DNA of 64,000 nucleotides from Pristiophorus japonicus (taxonomy: Eukaryota), in contig NC_091999.1 in NCBI RefSeq assembly GCF_044704955.1, positions 29,140,001 to 29,204,000 of the forward strand, written 5' to 3'. Below, one piece after another: positions 13,126 through 27,070 of the stretch. The position numbers and the translations under genes are program-made. Each line of letters starts with the position of its first letter. Position 1 is the first letter of the stretch. The notes under the pieces were generated by a model that saw only the letters and a program-made list of their open reading frames with translations, did no database searches and was not told the origin of the DNA.

Positions 13126-13382
13126 CCTCTGCTAAGGCCAATAGGTCCTTCCTATCCACTCTATCTAGGCCCCTCATAATTTTATACACCTCAGTGAGGT
13201 CTCCGCTCAGCGTCCTCTTTTCCGAAACAAACAACCCCAGTCTATCCAATCTGTCCTCATAGCTAAAATTCTCAGGTCCAGGCAACATCCTCGTAAATCT
13301 TTGTACCCTGAGTGGTGCAATCACATCTTAATTGTAATGTGGTGACCAGAACTGCACACAGTACTCTAGCTGTGGCCTAACT
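13126..13382 (-). mobile_element. CR1 RT fragment
   Basis: Encodes RVQRFTRMLPGPENFSYEDRLDRLGLF. Confidence 0.75.
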
Positions 13383-13384
13383 AG

Positions 13385-13600
13385 AACCTAGCCAGAGTCA
13401 GCACCTTCAGCGGAGGAGAGGGAGGGGAACCAGTGAGTGTAGAACTGAACCCAGCCAGAGTCAGCACCTTCACGGGAGGAGAGGGAGGGGAACCAGTGAG
13501 TGTAGAACTGAATCCAACCAGAGTCAGCACCTTCAGGGGAGGAGAGGGAGAGGACCTAGTGAGTGTAGAACTGAACCCAGCCAGAGTCAATACCTTCAGC
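13385..13600 (+). repeat. ~60-65-bp ZNF-associated repeat, ~3.5 copies
   Basis: Unit GAACCAGTGAGTGTAGAACTGAACCCAGCCAGAGTCAGCACCTTCAGGGGAGGAGAGGGAGGG. Confidence 0.9.
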
Positions 13601-13679
13601 ATGAAGGAATAAATGTTGGCAATGAAGTAATGGGTTTGGATTTCAGCATGGGGAGTAGGGATGACTTTTGTAAACTCCT

Positions 13680-14714
<1,035 letters not shown>

Positions 14715-15209
14715 CTGCAGGGTTCAATTATGCTGTGATCACATCAGGACTGAATCGTGTTCATTTTGACAGTCGGGCTGTGTTTCCCCTGTAACTGGGC
14801 AGGATTTAATGTTCTGGATATCTGACAAATAAATCAGCTTTGGTTCCAACACACAGTGTGTCGATTCCTTGACTTCTCCAATATAAGTGGCGACTAATTG
14901 TTGTCCTGTTACTAACTGTTCCTTTTTTGGATCTTTTCTCCTTCATTTAACAAAGACCTGCCCTTATGCAGCACCTCACATGACCTCAAAGTGCTTTACA
15001 GCCAATGAAGTGCAACAACACCAAAGTACATTTGAAGTGCATTCACTGTTGTAGTATAGGAAATGCAGCAGATGATTTGCACAAAGCAAGCTGCCATGAA
15101 CAGCAATGGCCAGAGAATCTGTTTGAGTGATATTGGTTGAGAGCTGATGGGGCCTCGGTTGAACGACTCATGTGAAAGATGGCAACACTGACATTGCAGC
15201 AATCCTGTG

Positions 15210-15432
15210 CAGTACCTGTCCTAGGAGTGTTTGATGGGACAGTGTAGAGGTAGCTTTACACTGTATCTAACCAGTACTGTACCTGTCCTGGGAGTTTTGA
15301 TGGGACCGTGTAGAGAGAGCTTTACTCTGTATCTAACCCGTGCTGTACCTGCCCTGGGAATGTTTGTTGGGAAAGTGTAGAGAGAGCTTTACTCTGTATC
15401 TAACCCCGTGCTTTACCTGCCCTGGAAGTGCT
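15210..15432. repeat. ~65-bp dispersed tandem repeat (CTGTACCTGCCCTGGGAGTGTTTGATGGGACAGTGTAGAGGGAGCTTTACTCTGTATCTAACCCGTG)
   Basis: 3-4 copies here; the same family occurs at 43060-43720, 44880-45160, 55740-56080 and 60315-60450. Confidence 0.85.
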
Positions 15433-16167
15433 TTAGGCAGACACAAGGTGCTCAGAATGACCCTTTCCCAAACACTGACATCCATCACCTCGATGAGAAC
15501 ATCAATTAAGCCAAAGATAAGGAAAACCCATCAGTTCCTCCCCTGGACACAGATCCGGAGAGCCAGTGAGTGTCCCGAACATTGTTGTACAGTGTGTTCG
15601 ATAGCTCACCCCTGGGTCTGAGCCTTTTGGTGATGATTTGAATTTGATGCCCTCGAGTTGCTGACTCACCGACTGGTGGAAATAGTTTTTCGTCACATAC
15701 CGATCAAACTTTGAACACCTCCCTCAGATCTCCAATGACCCTTTGTTCTAATGAAAAGAGTCCCAGTTTCTCCAATCTGCCCTGTTAACTAAAGCCTCTC
15801 TTCCCTGGTATTATCTCAGTGAATCACTCTGCACCCTCTCCATGGGCTCGATATCCTTCCTGGTGTAAGATCCCCAAAACCTGACACAATACTCGAACTG
15901 CAGCCTAACCAATGATTTGTGCAGGTTTACATGACCTCTGCCCTTTTGTACTCCACACCCCTATTTATAAACCATAGGACCCCATGTGCTTCTTTAACCA
16001 CGTTATCAACATAAAATGGCTAAAATACATTGACTTTGATTTCAATGAGCATCATGGGAAAGATAAGTTTAGTCTGAGTTAGAAACTCAAACAATCGATT
16101 CACTGCAGACAGGTCACCTTGACAACACTGATCAGACATTCCATTCACTGAACTCACTGTTGCAATC

Positions 16168-16680
16168 TGTAATCAGCTCGGGGAATGAACAGGGTTTGTC
16201 TGTGAGTAACCAGAATGTAAGCTTAAACAAGAGTGAGTAACACAATAGATTAGAATATAACGCGTGATGCTTATACCTATAATTGTGAAACTATAAGAAC
16301 TAACAACTAACAGCAGGCAGGGGAGTTTAGGGATAATGAGAAAATTACTGAAGAAAAGTAACTGCTGGGAACCAGGGAAAGTGTCCTTGTAAATCACGGA
16401 TTAGAGACTTTCCAGCTATCTTTTCCTCGTATCCTGCCCAAACCCAGCAGACAAGACAAAGAAGAGTCCAGTGCCAGAGGTGGATCAGTGCAGGGTATAA
16501 AAGTGAGGAGTGACTGATGTAAGAGGACAGTGGGGACTAGAGACACCGTAGATCAAGCTCAGGGCACCCGAGGTTCAATCCAGTTACTGTGGACACGCGG
16601 GACTTGCATCTTTACTCTGATGTGGTAGAGCACAGAGAATCTGCTCAAGTTATATTTCTTAAAATATTAATGTTTCTCAT
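16168..16680 (+). mobile_element. Possible truncated solo LTR
   Basis: Begins TGTAA, is non-coding, has GGGTATAAAAG at ~16493, and is cut by a CR1 3' end at ~16685. Confidence 0.35.
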
Positions 16681-17699
16681 AATAATCATTGAATATATTT
16701 AAGGTGGAGATAGACATATTTTTGAGCGATCAGGGAGTGAAGGGTTATGGGGAGCGGGCAGGGAAGTGGATTTGAGGCCAGGATTAGATCAGCCATGATC
16801 TTATTGAATGACGGAGCAGGCTCGAGGAGCCAGATGGCCTACTCCTGCTCCGATTTCTTATGTTCTTGTGTTCTAACACTTGTCTCTCGATCCTCAATAA
16901 GACATGGAATTAGCTGGAATCCTACAACCCTAAATCTCTCTGCTCCTCTACTCCATTGAAAGTTTTACCATTTAATATACATTTCCTCCCTTTTTCTTCC
17001 TCCCGAAATCTATCGCAGCACATTTCTCTGCATTAACTTTCATTTCAGATCTACCTGCCCAATTATTAACCTGTGTATTGACAATGAAGGCACTTACAGT
17101 CCTCTTCACAGTTAGCCATGAGCCCTTTTTGGTGTTCCCTGGAGATTTTGATCATGTGCCCCATATACCCAAGCCCAGATCAATTCTCTATATTGAGCAG
17201 AGCAATGGTCCCAACGCTTATCCTGGGGACACCACTGTTTACATCCCCCCAGTCTGAAGAACCTCCATTAACCGCCACTCTCTGTTTTCTGCCCTTGACC
17301 CAACTTCCTCTCCATGCTGCCCCACTCCCTTTAATACTGTGAGCCTTAATTTGATCAACAAGCCTCCTGTCCGGCATCCTTATCGAACACCTTTTGACAA
17401 TCCATCTACACAACATTTATTTCCTTTCTCACTGCACTGTGTGATTTCCTGAAACCCTGCTGCCTGTCCTGAATGAATCCATTTCACTAACAGATGATGC
17501 AATGTTTGCTCCACCCCACAGGGTTCCATCTGTTTAAAGCCACAACACAAAGGTCCCGTTTCCTCCTGGAGTTTAAGAGACAACACTCCGCATTATCCGC
17601 CGCCTCACAACCACCCGCCAGTTTCAGACACAGACTCTGGGACCACCAGGAAGTGCTGGGAAATCCCCAGCGAGTCAGGAAGTGTCTGCAACTGGGGGA

Positions 17700-18878
17700 T
17701 AAATGGGGACTGGTCAGGGAGTGTCTGTCAATGGAGGAGAAATGGGGACTGGTCAGGGAGCGTCTGTAAATGGAGGAGAAATGGGGAGGGGTCAGGGAGT
17801 GTCTGTAAATGGAGGAGAAATGGGGACTGGTCACGGCGTGTCTGTAAATGGAGGAGAAATGGGGACTGGTCAGGGTGTGTCTGTAAATGGAGGAGAAATG
17901 GGGAGTGGCCAGGAAGTGTCTGTAAATGGAGGAGAAATGGGTACTGGTCAGGGAGTGTCTGTAAATGGAGGAGAAATGGGGACTGGTCAGGGAGTGTCTG
18001 TAAATGGAGGAGAAATGGGGACTGGTCAGCGAGTGTCTGTAAATGGAGGAGAAATGGGGACTGGTCAGGAAGCATCTGTAAATGGGGGAGAAATGGGGAC
18101 TGGTCAGGGAGTGTCTGTAAATGGAGGAGAAATGGGGACTGGTCAGGGAGTGTCTGTAAATGGAGGAGAAATGGGGACTGGTCAGGGAGTGTCTGTAAAT
18201 GGAGGAGAAATAGCAACTGGTCAGGGAGCGTCCGTAAATGGAGAAATGGGGACTGGTCAGGGAGCATCTGTAAATGAAGGAGGAATGGGGACTGATCAGG
18301 GAGTGTCTGTAAATGGAGGAGAAATGAGGACTGGTCAGGGAGTGTCTATAAATGGAGGAGAAATGAGGACCGGTCAGGGAGTGTCTTTAAATGGAGGAGA
18401 AATGAGGACCGGTCAGGGAGTGTCTGTAAATGGGGACCGGTTAGGGAGCGTCTGTAAATGGAGGAGAAATGGGGAGTGTCAGGGAGTGTCTGTAAATGGA
18501 GGAGAAATAGCAACTGGTCAGGGAGCGTCCGTAAATGGAGAAATGGTGACTGGTCAGGGAGCATCTGTAAATGGAGGAGGAATGGGGACTGATCAGGGAG
18601 TGTCTGTAAATGGTGGAGAAATGAGGACCGGTCAGGGAGTGTCTGTAAATGGAGGAGAAATGAGGACCGGTCAGGTAGTGTCTGTAAATGGAGAAATGGG
18701 GACCGGTTAGGGAGCGTCTGTAAATGGAGGAGAAATGGGGAATGGTCAGGAAGCATCTGTAAATGGGGGAGAAATGGGGACTGGACAGGGAGTGTCCGTA
18801 AATGGAGAAATGGGGACCGGTCAGGGAGCGTGTGCAAATGGAGGGAAAATGGGGATTGGTCAGGGAGCGTCTGTAAAT
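17700..18878. repeat. 39-bp minisatellite, ~30 copies
   Basis: Unit GTCTGTAAATGGAGGAGAAATGGGGACTGGTCAGGGAGT. Confidence 0.95.
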
Positions 18879-19074
18879 TAATTAGACATTACTATTTTTA
18901 GTGAACAAATGTATCATTTCCCGTGTCCCAGCTCCTGTAAATACTGGCCGTAAAGGGATCGAATCCTCAGGAGGCTCCACACTGCTGGCTGTTCATGAGT
19001 CAGTGATCTCGCATCACATTCATGGGCTTCTGCTGTGTGTGTTTAATAAAGTGTCAGGAGCATTTCACAAACAG

Positions 19075-19560
19075 TGAGGAACCAGTGAGTGTAGAACTGA
19101 CCCCAGCCAGAGTCAGTACCTTCAGGGGAGGGGAACCAGTGAGTGTAGAACTGAACCCAGCCAGATCCAGCACCTTCAGGGGAGGGGAACCAGTGAGTGT
19201 AGAACTGAACCCAGCCAGAGTCAGCACCATCAGGGGAAGGGAACTAGTGAGAGTAGAACTGAACCCAGCCAGAGTCAGTACCTTCAGGGGAAGGGAACCA
19301 GTGAGTGTAGAATTGAACCCAGCCAGAGTCAGTACATTCAGGGGAGGGGAGCCAGTGAGTGTAAAACTGAACCCAGCCAGAGTCAGCACCTTCAGGGGAA
19401 GGGAATTAGTGAGAGTAGAACTGAACCCAGCCAGAGTCAGTACCTTCAGGGGAGGGAAGCCAGTGAGTGTAGAACTGAACCCAGCCAGAGCCAGTACCTT
19501 CAGGGGAGGGGAACCAGTGAGTGTAGAACTGAACCCAGAAAGAGTCAGTACCTTCAGGTG
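19075..19560 (+). repeat. 60-bp ZNF-associated tandem array, ~8 copies
   Basis: Same unit as 13385-13600, with period ~57-60 bp. Confidence 0.95.
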
Positions 19561-20400
19561 GGAGGGGGCGAGCCCGAGTTGGGGGAGGGGGAGAGACGGG
19601 GTTGGGGGAGCCGGAGTTGGGGGAGAGGGGGAGGGAGAAAGAACGAGTTGGGGGAGAGGGGTGGAGAGGGAGAGCCTGAGTTGGGGAGGGGGGATGGGGA
19701 GAGCACAAGTTGGGGGAGAGGGGGAGGGGAAGAGCCCGAGTTGGGGTAGATGGTTAGAGCCCGATTGAGGGGGAGGGGGGGAGCCCGAACTGCGGGGGAG
19801 GGGGAGGAGGAAAGCCCGTGTTGGGGGAGAGAGGGACGGGGAGCCCGAGTTTGGGGAGAGGGGGAGGGGGAGCCCGAGTTGAGGGAGAGGTGGAGGGGGA
19901 GAGCCCGAGTTGGGGAAGAGGGGGAGAGCCAGAGTTGGGGGAGAGAGGGAGGGGGAGAGCCCGTGTTGGGGGAGAGGGTGAGGGAGGGGGAGAGCCCGAG
20001 TTGGGGGAGTGGGGGAGGGGGGAGCCCAAGTTATTTGGGGAGAGGGGGAAGGGGAGGAGCCTGAGTTGTGGGGAGGAGAGGAGCCCGAGTTGGGGGCTGG
20101 GGAGGAACCCCAATTGGGGGAGGTGAGAAGCGCCAGTTGTGGGGGAGAGGAGTAGCCTGAGTTGCGGGGGGGGTGTGGTGATAGCTCGAGTCGGGGGGGA
20201 GGGGAGGATGTAGGAGCCCGAGTCGGTAGGAGAGGGGAGGGTGAAGGAGCCCAAGTCGGGAGGGGAGGGAGCCCGAGCCAGAGTGTGGTGGGTGGGAGGG
20301 GAGGGAGCCCGAGTTGTGGGGGGAGGGTAGGGAGCCCGAGTTGAGCTGGGAGAGAGCCCGAGTTGGGGAGAGGAGGGGTGGGAGCCCGAGTTGGGGGAGG
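19560..20400. repeat. G-rich degenerate ~28-bp repeat (GAGCCCGAGTTGGGGGAGAGGGGGAGGGG)
   Basis: Dense G-runs and strong strand asymmetry. Confidence 0.9.
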
Positions 20401-20404
20401 GGTG

Positions 20405-22926
20405 TGTTGTGCATCTGTAAAGCATGCACTCCCATGTTCTGCCAACAGGGAGCACATCCCCTGAAGTCCCAAGGGATCCCAGCATCCCTTGGGAGCACTG
20501 TACATAAGCCGGCCCCTAAGGCCTGTTCCTCATTCTGGAATGCCTTAATAAAGACTGAGGTCACTGTTACTTTAACCTCCCTGTGTGCAGTCTCATCTCT
20601 GTTAGGAACACAATAACTGGCGACGAGTATGCAAATCCAATGGAAAGATGCAGCAAACTGTTGGCGTCCTGGAGAAGGTCTTGGAGGATGGGAACTAGGA
20701 AGCCTATGTCGAACGGCTAAACCATTACTTTGTAGCCAATGAGCTGGACGGAGAAGGAGGCGCTGCGAAAAGGAGAGCAGACCTCCTCACGGTTTGCGGG
20801 GCACCGACCTACAGCCTCATGAAGAATCTTCTGGCTTCAGTCAAACTCACAGATAAGTCGTATGAGGAGCTGTGTACACTGGTTCGGGAGCATCTTAACC
20901 CGAGGGAGAGCGTGCTGATGGCGTGATATCGGTTCTACATGTGCCAGCGATCTGAAGGTCAGGAAGTGGCGAGCTACATCGCCGAGCTAAGGCGACTTGC
21001 AGGACAATGTGAATATGATGGCTACCTGGAGCAGCTGCTCGGAGACTTTTTTGTACTGGGCATTGGCCACGAGACCATCTGACGAAAACTTTTGACTTTA
21101 GAGACACCGACCCTCAGTAAGGCCATTGAAATAACACAGGCGTTTATGTCCGTCAGTGATAACACCAAACAAATCTCTCAGCACACAAGTGCTATCAATG
21201 TTCACAAATTAATTGGAACTGTGTTTGTGAGCAGAAATGTACAGGGCAGAAACCACGTGTTTGCAATTGCCAGAAGGCCTCAGGTGACCCAGATGACTCA
21301 GAGTCCGCAACAAAGGATCAATGCAAGGTAATTCACACCTTGTTGGCGTTGTGGAGGCTTCCATTCAGCCTATTCATGCCGCTCCAAAGGGTATGTTTGC
21401 AACAGCTGTGGAACAATGGGGCTGCTCCAACGAGCTTGCAGACGAGCTGCAAGCTCTGCAAAACCTGCTGACCACCACGTGGCAGAGGAAGATCGGTCCA
21501 TGGTGGATAAAAGCAATTTCGAGCCTCAGAGAGAGGAGGCAGATGCTGAAGTACACGGGCTGTACATATTTTCGACAAAATGTCCACCTATAATGCTAAA
21601 TGTAAAATTGAATGGGTTACCCGTAGCCATGGAACTGGACACTGGCGCTTGCCAATCCATCATGGGTAAAAAGATGTTTGAGAGACTGTGGTTCAACAAG
21701 GCACTCATACCAGCCCTGAGAACCATGCACACGAAACTGAGAACGTACACCAAAGAGCTCATCACTGTCCTGCGCAGCGCCATGGTCAAGGTCACCTATG
21801 AGGGCACGGTGCATGAACTGCCACTCTGGATTGTCCCGGGCGATGGCCCCACACTGCTTGGAAGGAGTTGGCTGGGCAAAATCCGCTGGAACTGGGATGA
21901 CATCCGAGCGCTATCACATGTCGATGAGGCCTCATGTAGCCAGGTTCTTAAAAATATCCTTCCCTTTTTGAGCCAGGCATTAGACATTTTTACCGGGGCG
22001 AAGGTGCTCATCCACTTGGTCCCAGAGGTACGGCCCATTCACTACAAGCTGCGAGCGGTACCTCACATGATGAGGGAGAGAGTGGAAATCGAGTTGGACA
22101 GGCTGCAACGCGAGGACATCATCTCCCCAGTGGAATTCAGTGAGTGGGCCAGCCCGATTGTTCCAAAGTGATGGCACGGTCACGATTTGTGGCGATTATA
22201 AAGTAACTATTAATTATTTCTCGCTACAGGACCAATACCCACTATCTAAGGCAGACTACCTATTTGCGACGCTGACAGGAGGCAAGACGTACACCAAGCT
22301 CGACGTGACTTCGGCCTACATGACGCAGGAGTTGGAGGAGTCTTCGAAGGGCCTCACCTGCATCAACACGCACAAGGGACTGTTCATCTCCAACCGATGC
22401 CCGTTTGGAATTCGGTTGGCTGCAGCGATCTTCCAGAGAAACATGGAGAGCCTACTCAAGTCAGTACCATGCACAGTGGTCTTTCAGGACGACATATTGG
22501 TCATGGATCGGGACACTGTGGAGCACCTACAAACCTAGAGTGGGTCCTCCAGCGAATGGATCGCGTAGGGCTGCGGCTGAAGAGGTCGAAATGCGTTTTC
22601 ATGGCAACAGAAGTGGAGTTTCTGGGGAGAAAGATCGCGGCGGACGGCATTCGGCCCACAGACGTCAAGACTGAGGCGATCAGGAACGCGCCCAGGCCAC
22701 AGAACATCATGGAGCTGAGGTCGTTCCTGGGACTTCTCAACTATTTTGGCAACTTCCTACCGGGTTAAGCACCCTCTTAGAGCCCCTACATGTGTTATTG
22801 CGTAAAGGTGAGAACTGGGTATGGGGGAAAAAAACAAGTAATTGTTTTTGAGAAAGCCAGAAACATTTTATGCTCCAACAAGCTGCTTGTATTCTATAAC
22901 CTGTGTAAAAGACTTGTGCGAGCATG
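20405..22926 (+). mobile_element. Gypsy/Ty3 LTR retrotransposon (Mag-like): 5' LTR plus decayed gag-pro-RT, truncated in RNase H
   Basis: ~208-bp LTR 20405-20612 (TG..CA, AATAAA) and PBS TGGCGACGAG at 20618-20627. Protein motifs: gag EAYVERLNHYFVANEL, CCHC-like [13 protein letters not shown], protease [41 protein letters not shown]. Ends at the RNase H start (KRLV.AC). Confidence 0.92.
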
Positions 22927-23456
22927 TGTTTTGGATCGATAATAATAGATCCAGATTCGGGATCTGGATGAATGTTAAATAAGAGACAAGACAAATGAAG
23001 TAAAGATAAAACACCATTTACTGAGAGAAAGGAAACATCATAGAGTTTACGAAGAAAAGGGAAGTATGATAAGATGCAACAAAGGTCACGGCCTTCGGCC
23101 CGTCGGGAACTCCGCAACGACGGCTGGTCTGGAGCCTTAGGGGTCCCGGCACCACTCGCGAATCATGGTCTAAGGTGAAATTCAAAGAGCTACTGGTCAG
23201 TTCCGTTCCTTTATACTATTGAATAAACATGGGTGCATGTGGCTTATGGACAACTCCTAATCTGTAAGTCCCCAGCTTTTCTTCCACAAAGCATGAGGCC
23301 TCGAGGCGCTGATCGTCCCATAAACAAGATGGTGTGCGCATCAAGGTCTCTCTCTCTCTCTGGATCAACAACATTCCACGAGGCATGAAGCAGAATACAC
23401 ACTGTAAGTGTCGGAATATCATAATTAACCCTATGTGATTAACCCTATACAATACA
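22927..23456 (-). repeat. 3' LTR of the class III ERV
   Basis: Direct repeat of 28721-29259 (roughly 90% identical by eye). The minus strand reads TGTATTG...AAAACA, with TATAAA at ~23210. Confidence 0.92.
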
Positions 23457-23514
23457 ATCCAAACTTGATATTTAGACATTCTAAGTAATATAATCGAGTT
23501 GAAAGCGTAGTGCA

Positions 23515-23979
23515 TCAGTTACATATTGTGTATGCGCGAACAACGCCCACAATCTACATCAAAGAATACATACATATCAGAAATAACGCGATGAGTAAAA
23601 CAACGATAGGATGTAGTAACAGCTTCAAAGCGGCAGATGTCTTTGGGGACCATCCGTAAAAGATATCCCACCAATGGTGTACCGTAAGGTCAATGACAGT
23701 TGTCGCAACTCTGACCAAGGCGCTTTCACTGTAACTCATAGCAACTTGCAGAGTATGAAGAGTACGCCCTCGTTTGTTCAATTCGTCAGTGACCTTTTGA
23801 TTATCTTTTAGAAATTGAGCTTAACGAGTTAGGTCTACAGTGGGAGGAAGGTTAGTAATTGTCTTGCGTACGATCAGTGTTAGCTATCCGCCACCCCATG
23901 CTGTGTTTGAGGATGGAAGTAGCACAGTCACAGATAAGGAGACACAGAGGCTGGCCAGCACGAGTTGGTAAGTCGCCAT
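23515..23979 (-). pseudogene. env: Miniature env-like ORF (signal peptide, heptad region, Trp-rich motif, TM) with 3 in-frame stops
   Basis: One frame from ATG 23979 reads MATYQLVLASLCVSLSVTVLLPSSNTAWGGG*LTLIVRKTITNLPPTVDLTR*AQFLKDNQKVTDELNKRG...HHWWDIFYGWSPKTSAALKLLLHPIVVLLIALFLICMYSLM*. A splice acceptor TTCCTCCCACAG lies just upstream. Confidence 0.7.
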
Positions 23980-24021
23980 TTTGTGCAGAATTCCTGTGGG
24001 AGGAATCATAATTATATTAAT

Positions 24022-26711
24022 TCAGCCCCGTTTAGTCAATTTACCCTTGTCAACAGAGAGAGGAAAATCTTGACCCGTCAGGAGCACACAATAAGTGTTT
24101 CGTTCTCCTTTCACTAAGATTTCCCCTGCTTGTAAGCGTTTCTGGGGGTACTGCACCCACACTTTTCCTCCTTCACAAACTGTGTCCTGAGTCTGATTTT
24201 CTTTTTCAATAGTAGGGACACTAACTTTGCCTAACATGTGGCTTATGGGAGTTCCCCCCAACAATGGTCGGTGATTCAGATTGCGCACTGCTTGTGGTAA
24301 GATCTTTAACCACCCTTGCAATGTGTTAGTGGGAGTTAATATTTTAATCTGTTGTTTAAGTAATCCATTCCTGCGTTCCATTAAACCTGCAGCTTGCGGA
24401 TAGTAAGGTTTGTGAAACATCCAATAGATCTCGTTGTCTACCGCCCACCGTTGCACTGTTTGACCTGTGAAGTGCGACCCATTATCGGACTGTACTTCTG
24501 CCGGCTCACTGTAGTATGTGATTAAATTCTCCAGTCCTTTAATTGTACTTGGTTGATTCGCTTTAGTCACTGGATAAGCGAACAAAAGTATAGAATAGGT
24601 ATCAACAACAATGAGCAAATATTGGAACCGTTGTTGCAATGGTAAAGGTCCTACATCATCAACTTGCCATGTTTCTGCTGGTTGAGTCCCTCTCTTAATA
24701 TGGCACCGTGTTGTCGTTGTTGGGGAAAATGCTTCACCTTTTGACAAATTTCACAGGTGTTTATGATCTGATTAACACCGTCCGTCGTCAAATGTAACCC
24801 CTTATCTCGTGCCCACTGTATCGTACCCTGAATGCCCAAATATCTAGATTTGTGGTGGACCCACTTGCCTATGCCATATTCTTCCTCTTCCGCCTCTTTG
24901 ACAGCCCGTACCCGGGCTATATTATCAACGGTGTTATTATATTCAGAGGTCTTTGAAGTATTTTTCATGTGAGTGTCCACATGATATACAGTTATTTTCA
25001 TCTTCTGGGCTTTGGACCATATTTGTTCCCATAGGTATTTTCCCCACAAGTCTTTCCCAGTTATTTGCCAGTTATGTTCATGCCAGTTTCGCATTCAGCC
25101 CGCCATGCCATTGGCTACTGCCCATGCGTCAGTATATATGTTTACTTGTTGCTGTTCCTCTTCTAACGCAAGGACTACAGCTGCTAGTTCTGCTTGCTGG
25201 CTGGAGCCTCCCACGCCCTCATCATGCACAATTGTCTGGGTTTTTGTATTGAAGGCAGCGGCTCGCCATCGCCGAAAGCCATTTCGCCAGACCGCTGAGC
25301 CACCTGTGAACCAGGCATGGCTACGTTCTTCGGGTGTTAACTGTTCAAAAGACACGCCCCAGGGGATCGGTGACTCTTTGGTTAAACTGACAGACGACTG
25401 CGTAAGTTCACTCTCAACTGTTTGTGGGTATTCAGCCACATGCTCATGTAGCCGGGTGATTCCTTCTTTCCCTTTACTTGCTCTGTCTGCGATATACCAT
25501 TTCGAGCGCACTATGGAGCTTTGCTGCACTCGCCCGACCTTATGTGTCTCATTTTCTGACAGAACCCAGGATAATATGGGTAGGTCTGGTCTTAAACTGA
25601 CTTTGGCGTCCCCTGTCTGTCCTTCTGATTCTGTAAGGGCCCAATAACATGCTAATAATTGTTTCTCAAATGGAGTGTAACGAGCAGCAGCATCTGTCAA
25701 TGTTCTAGACCATAACCCTAACGATATACGAGTGCCATGTTGAACCTGCCACAAACTTCATACTGCAGTATCATTGGTAACGGATACCTGGAGCTCAAAA
25801 GGCTGTCCAGGCACTCGTGGGGCTAGGGGTAAAGCTTGAGCTACGGCTTCTTTGGCTGCATGTTGTTCCTTTCCCCACTCGAAGTGGGCCTTTTTTCGTG
25901 TTACGGCATACAACGGTTTTAAAAGCATCGTGAGGTGAGGGTTGTGTCTCCTCCAGTAACTCAATAGTCCCACGAACCGTTGTGTCTCAGTTTTATTCGT
26001 GGAGGTGGCCATTTCTTGAATGTTATTCTTCACAGGCTCGGGTATGACGCGCTCACCCCGAGACCATTGGATCCCCAGAAACTGGACAATCTGGCTCGGG
26101 CCCTGCATCTTCTTCGGATTTATCTCCCAGCCCCTGTCTCTCATGTGTTGGACTAAAGTAGCTAGGGCTTCTGACACCACAGCCTCGGTGGGATCCCTTA
26201 TTAGTACATCATCGATGTAGTGTGCCAGTGAGGCATTAGGAGCCAACGTGCACATGTCCAGGTCCCGGGCCACCAATCCTTGGCATAGGGTAGCGCTATG
26301 TCGGTAACCTTGAGGTAGGCCTTTAAACGTGTATTGTCTCCCTTCCCAAGTGAATGCAAACTGGTCCTGGGATTCTTTCGCTATTGGAATGGAGAAGAAG
26401 GCATTGGCCAGGTCGGTTACCGCATACCACTCCGCACCTTCTTGAGACAGCCGCTCTGTTATAGTTACTACATCTGGGACAGCAGTTGCCAGGAGAGGGG
26501 CACATTTGTTCAGTTGTCGGTAATCCGCAGTCATCCTCCAACTTTTGTCGGATTTCTGCACACGCCAAACAGGGCTATTGTAGGGGGACACCACATGTCT
26601 AATGATTCCTGCCTCCAAGAGCCCTTGTATGGTTTCCCCTATTTCTTTGTGTCCCCCAGGTATGCGGTACTGTTTCATAGTCACTATACGCGATGGCCAT
26701 GGTATTACCAC
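24022..26711 (-). pseudogene. pol: ERV pol (RT, tether/RNase H, integrase), disrupted
   Basis: RT motifs SPYNSPVW, DLANAFFSIP, LPQGY and HYIDDVLI; RNase H YTPFEKQLLA, AWFTGGSA, SSQQAELAAV and NIYTDAWAV; integrase TWQVDDVGPL, VQSDNGSHF and GLMERRNGLLK. Stops at ~25755 and ~25095; frameshift at ~24700. Confidence 0.93.
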
Positions 26712-27070
26712 TGGTTCCTACTTTGCTTCCCTGCAATCTCAGTGATCGCCCATATCCCGAATGAGAATCGCCCAAACGAGTTGTTGTGTGTGATTCCCTT
26801 TAAAAGGTCCATCCCAATAATATGTTCCTTTACTGCCGATATTAAGACCGTTATCCAGCGCGGAGGCCCATTTCCCAACGCCATTTTGATAGTTGTTCGG
26901 ACAGCGGGCGTTTCTGCCCCTCCGAACCCATTAATCATCACACGGGTCCCTGTGTGTTTCCTAGGGTTTCCATGGATAATAGTAACTTCTGCCCCTGTGT
27001 CTAGTAAAGCAACATCTCTTTGTATGTTCGCCCCTGCTCCGCCACTGTATCGTAATCGGAATGTGTGGCC
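26705..27070 (-). pseudogene. pro: ERV aspartic protease
   Basis: DVALLDTGAEVTIIHGNP at ~26965-27015, followed by EHIIGMDLL. Confidence 0.85.

Noticed and set aside
17703-18710. 335-aa Gly-rich ORF and the antisense LLHLQTLPDQSPF ORFs
   Set aside because: Translation of a 39-bp minisatellite (a multiple of 3, nearly stop-free); no splice or domain evidence.
19022-20616. Long Pro- and Gly-rich ORFs, up to 483 aa
   Set aside because: Products of the 60-bp and G-rich repeats.
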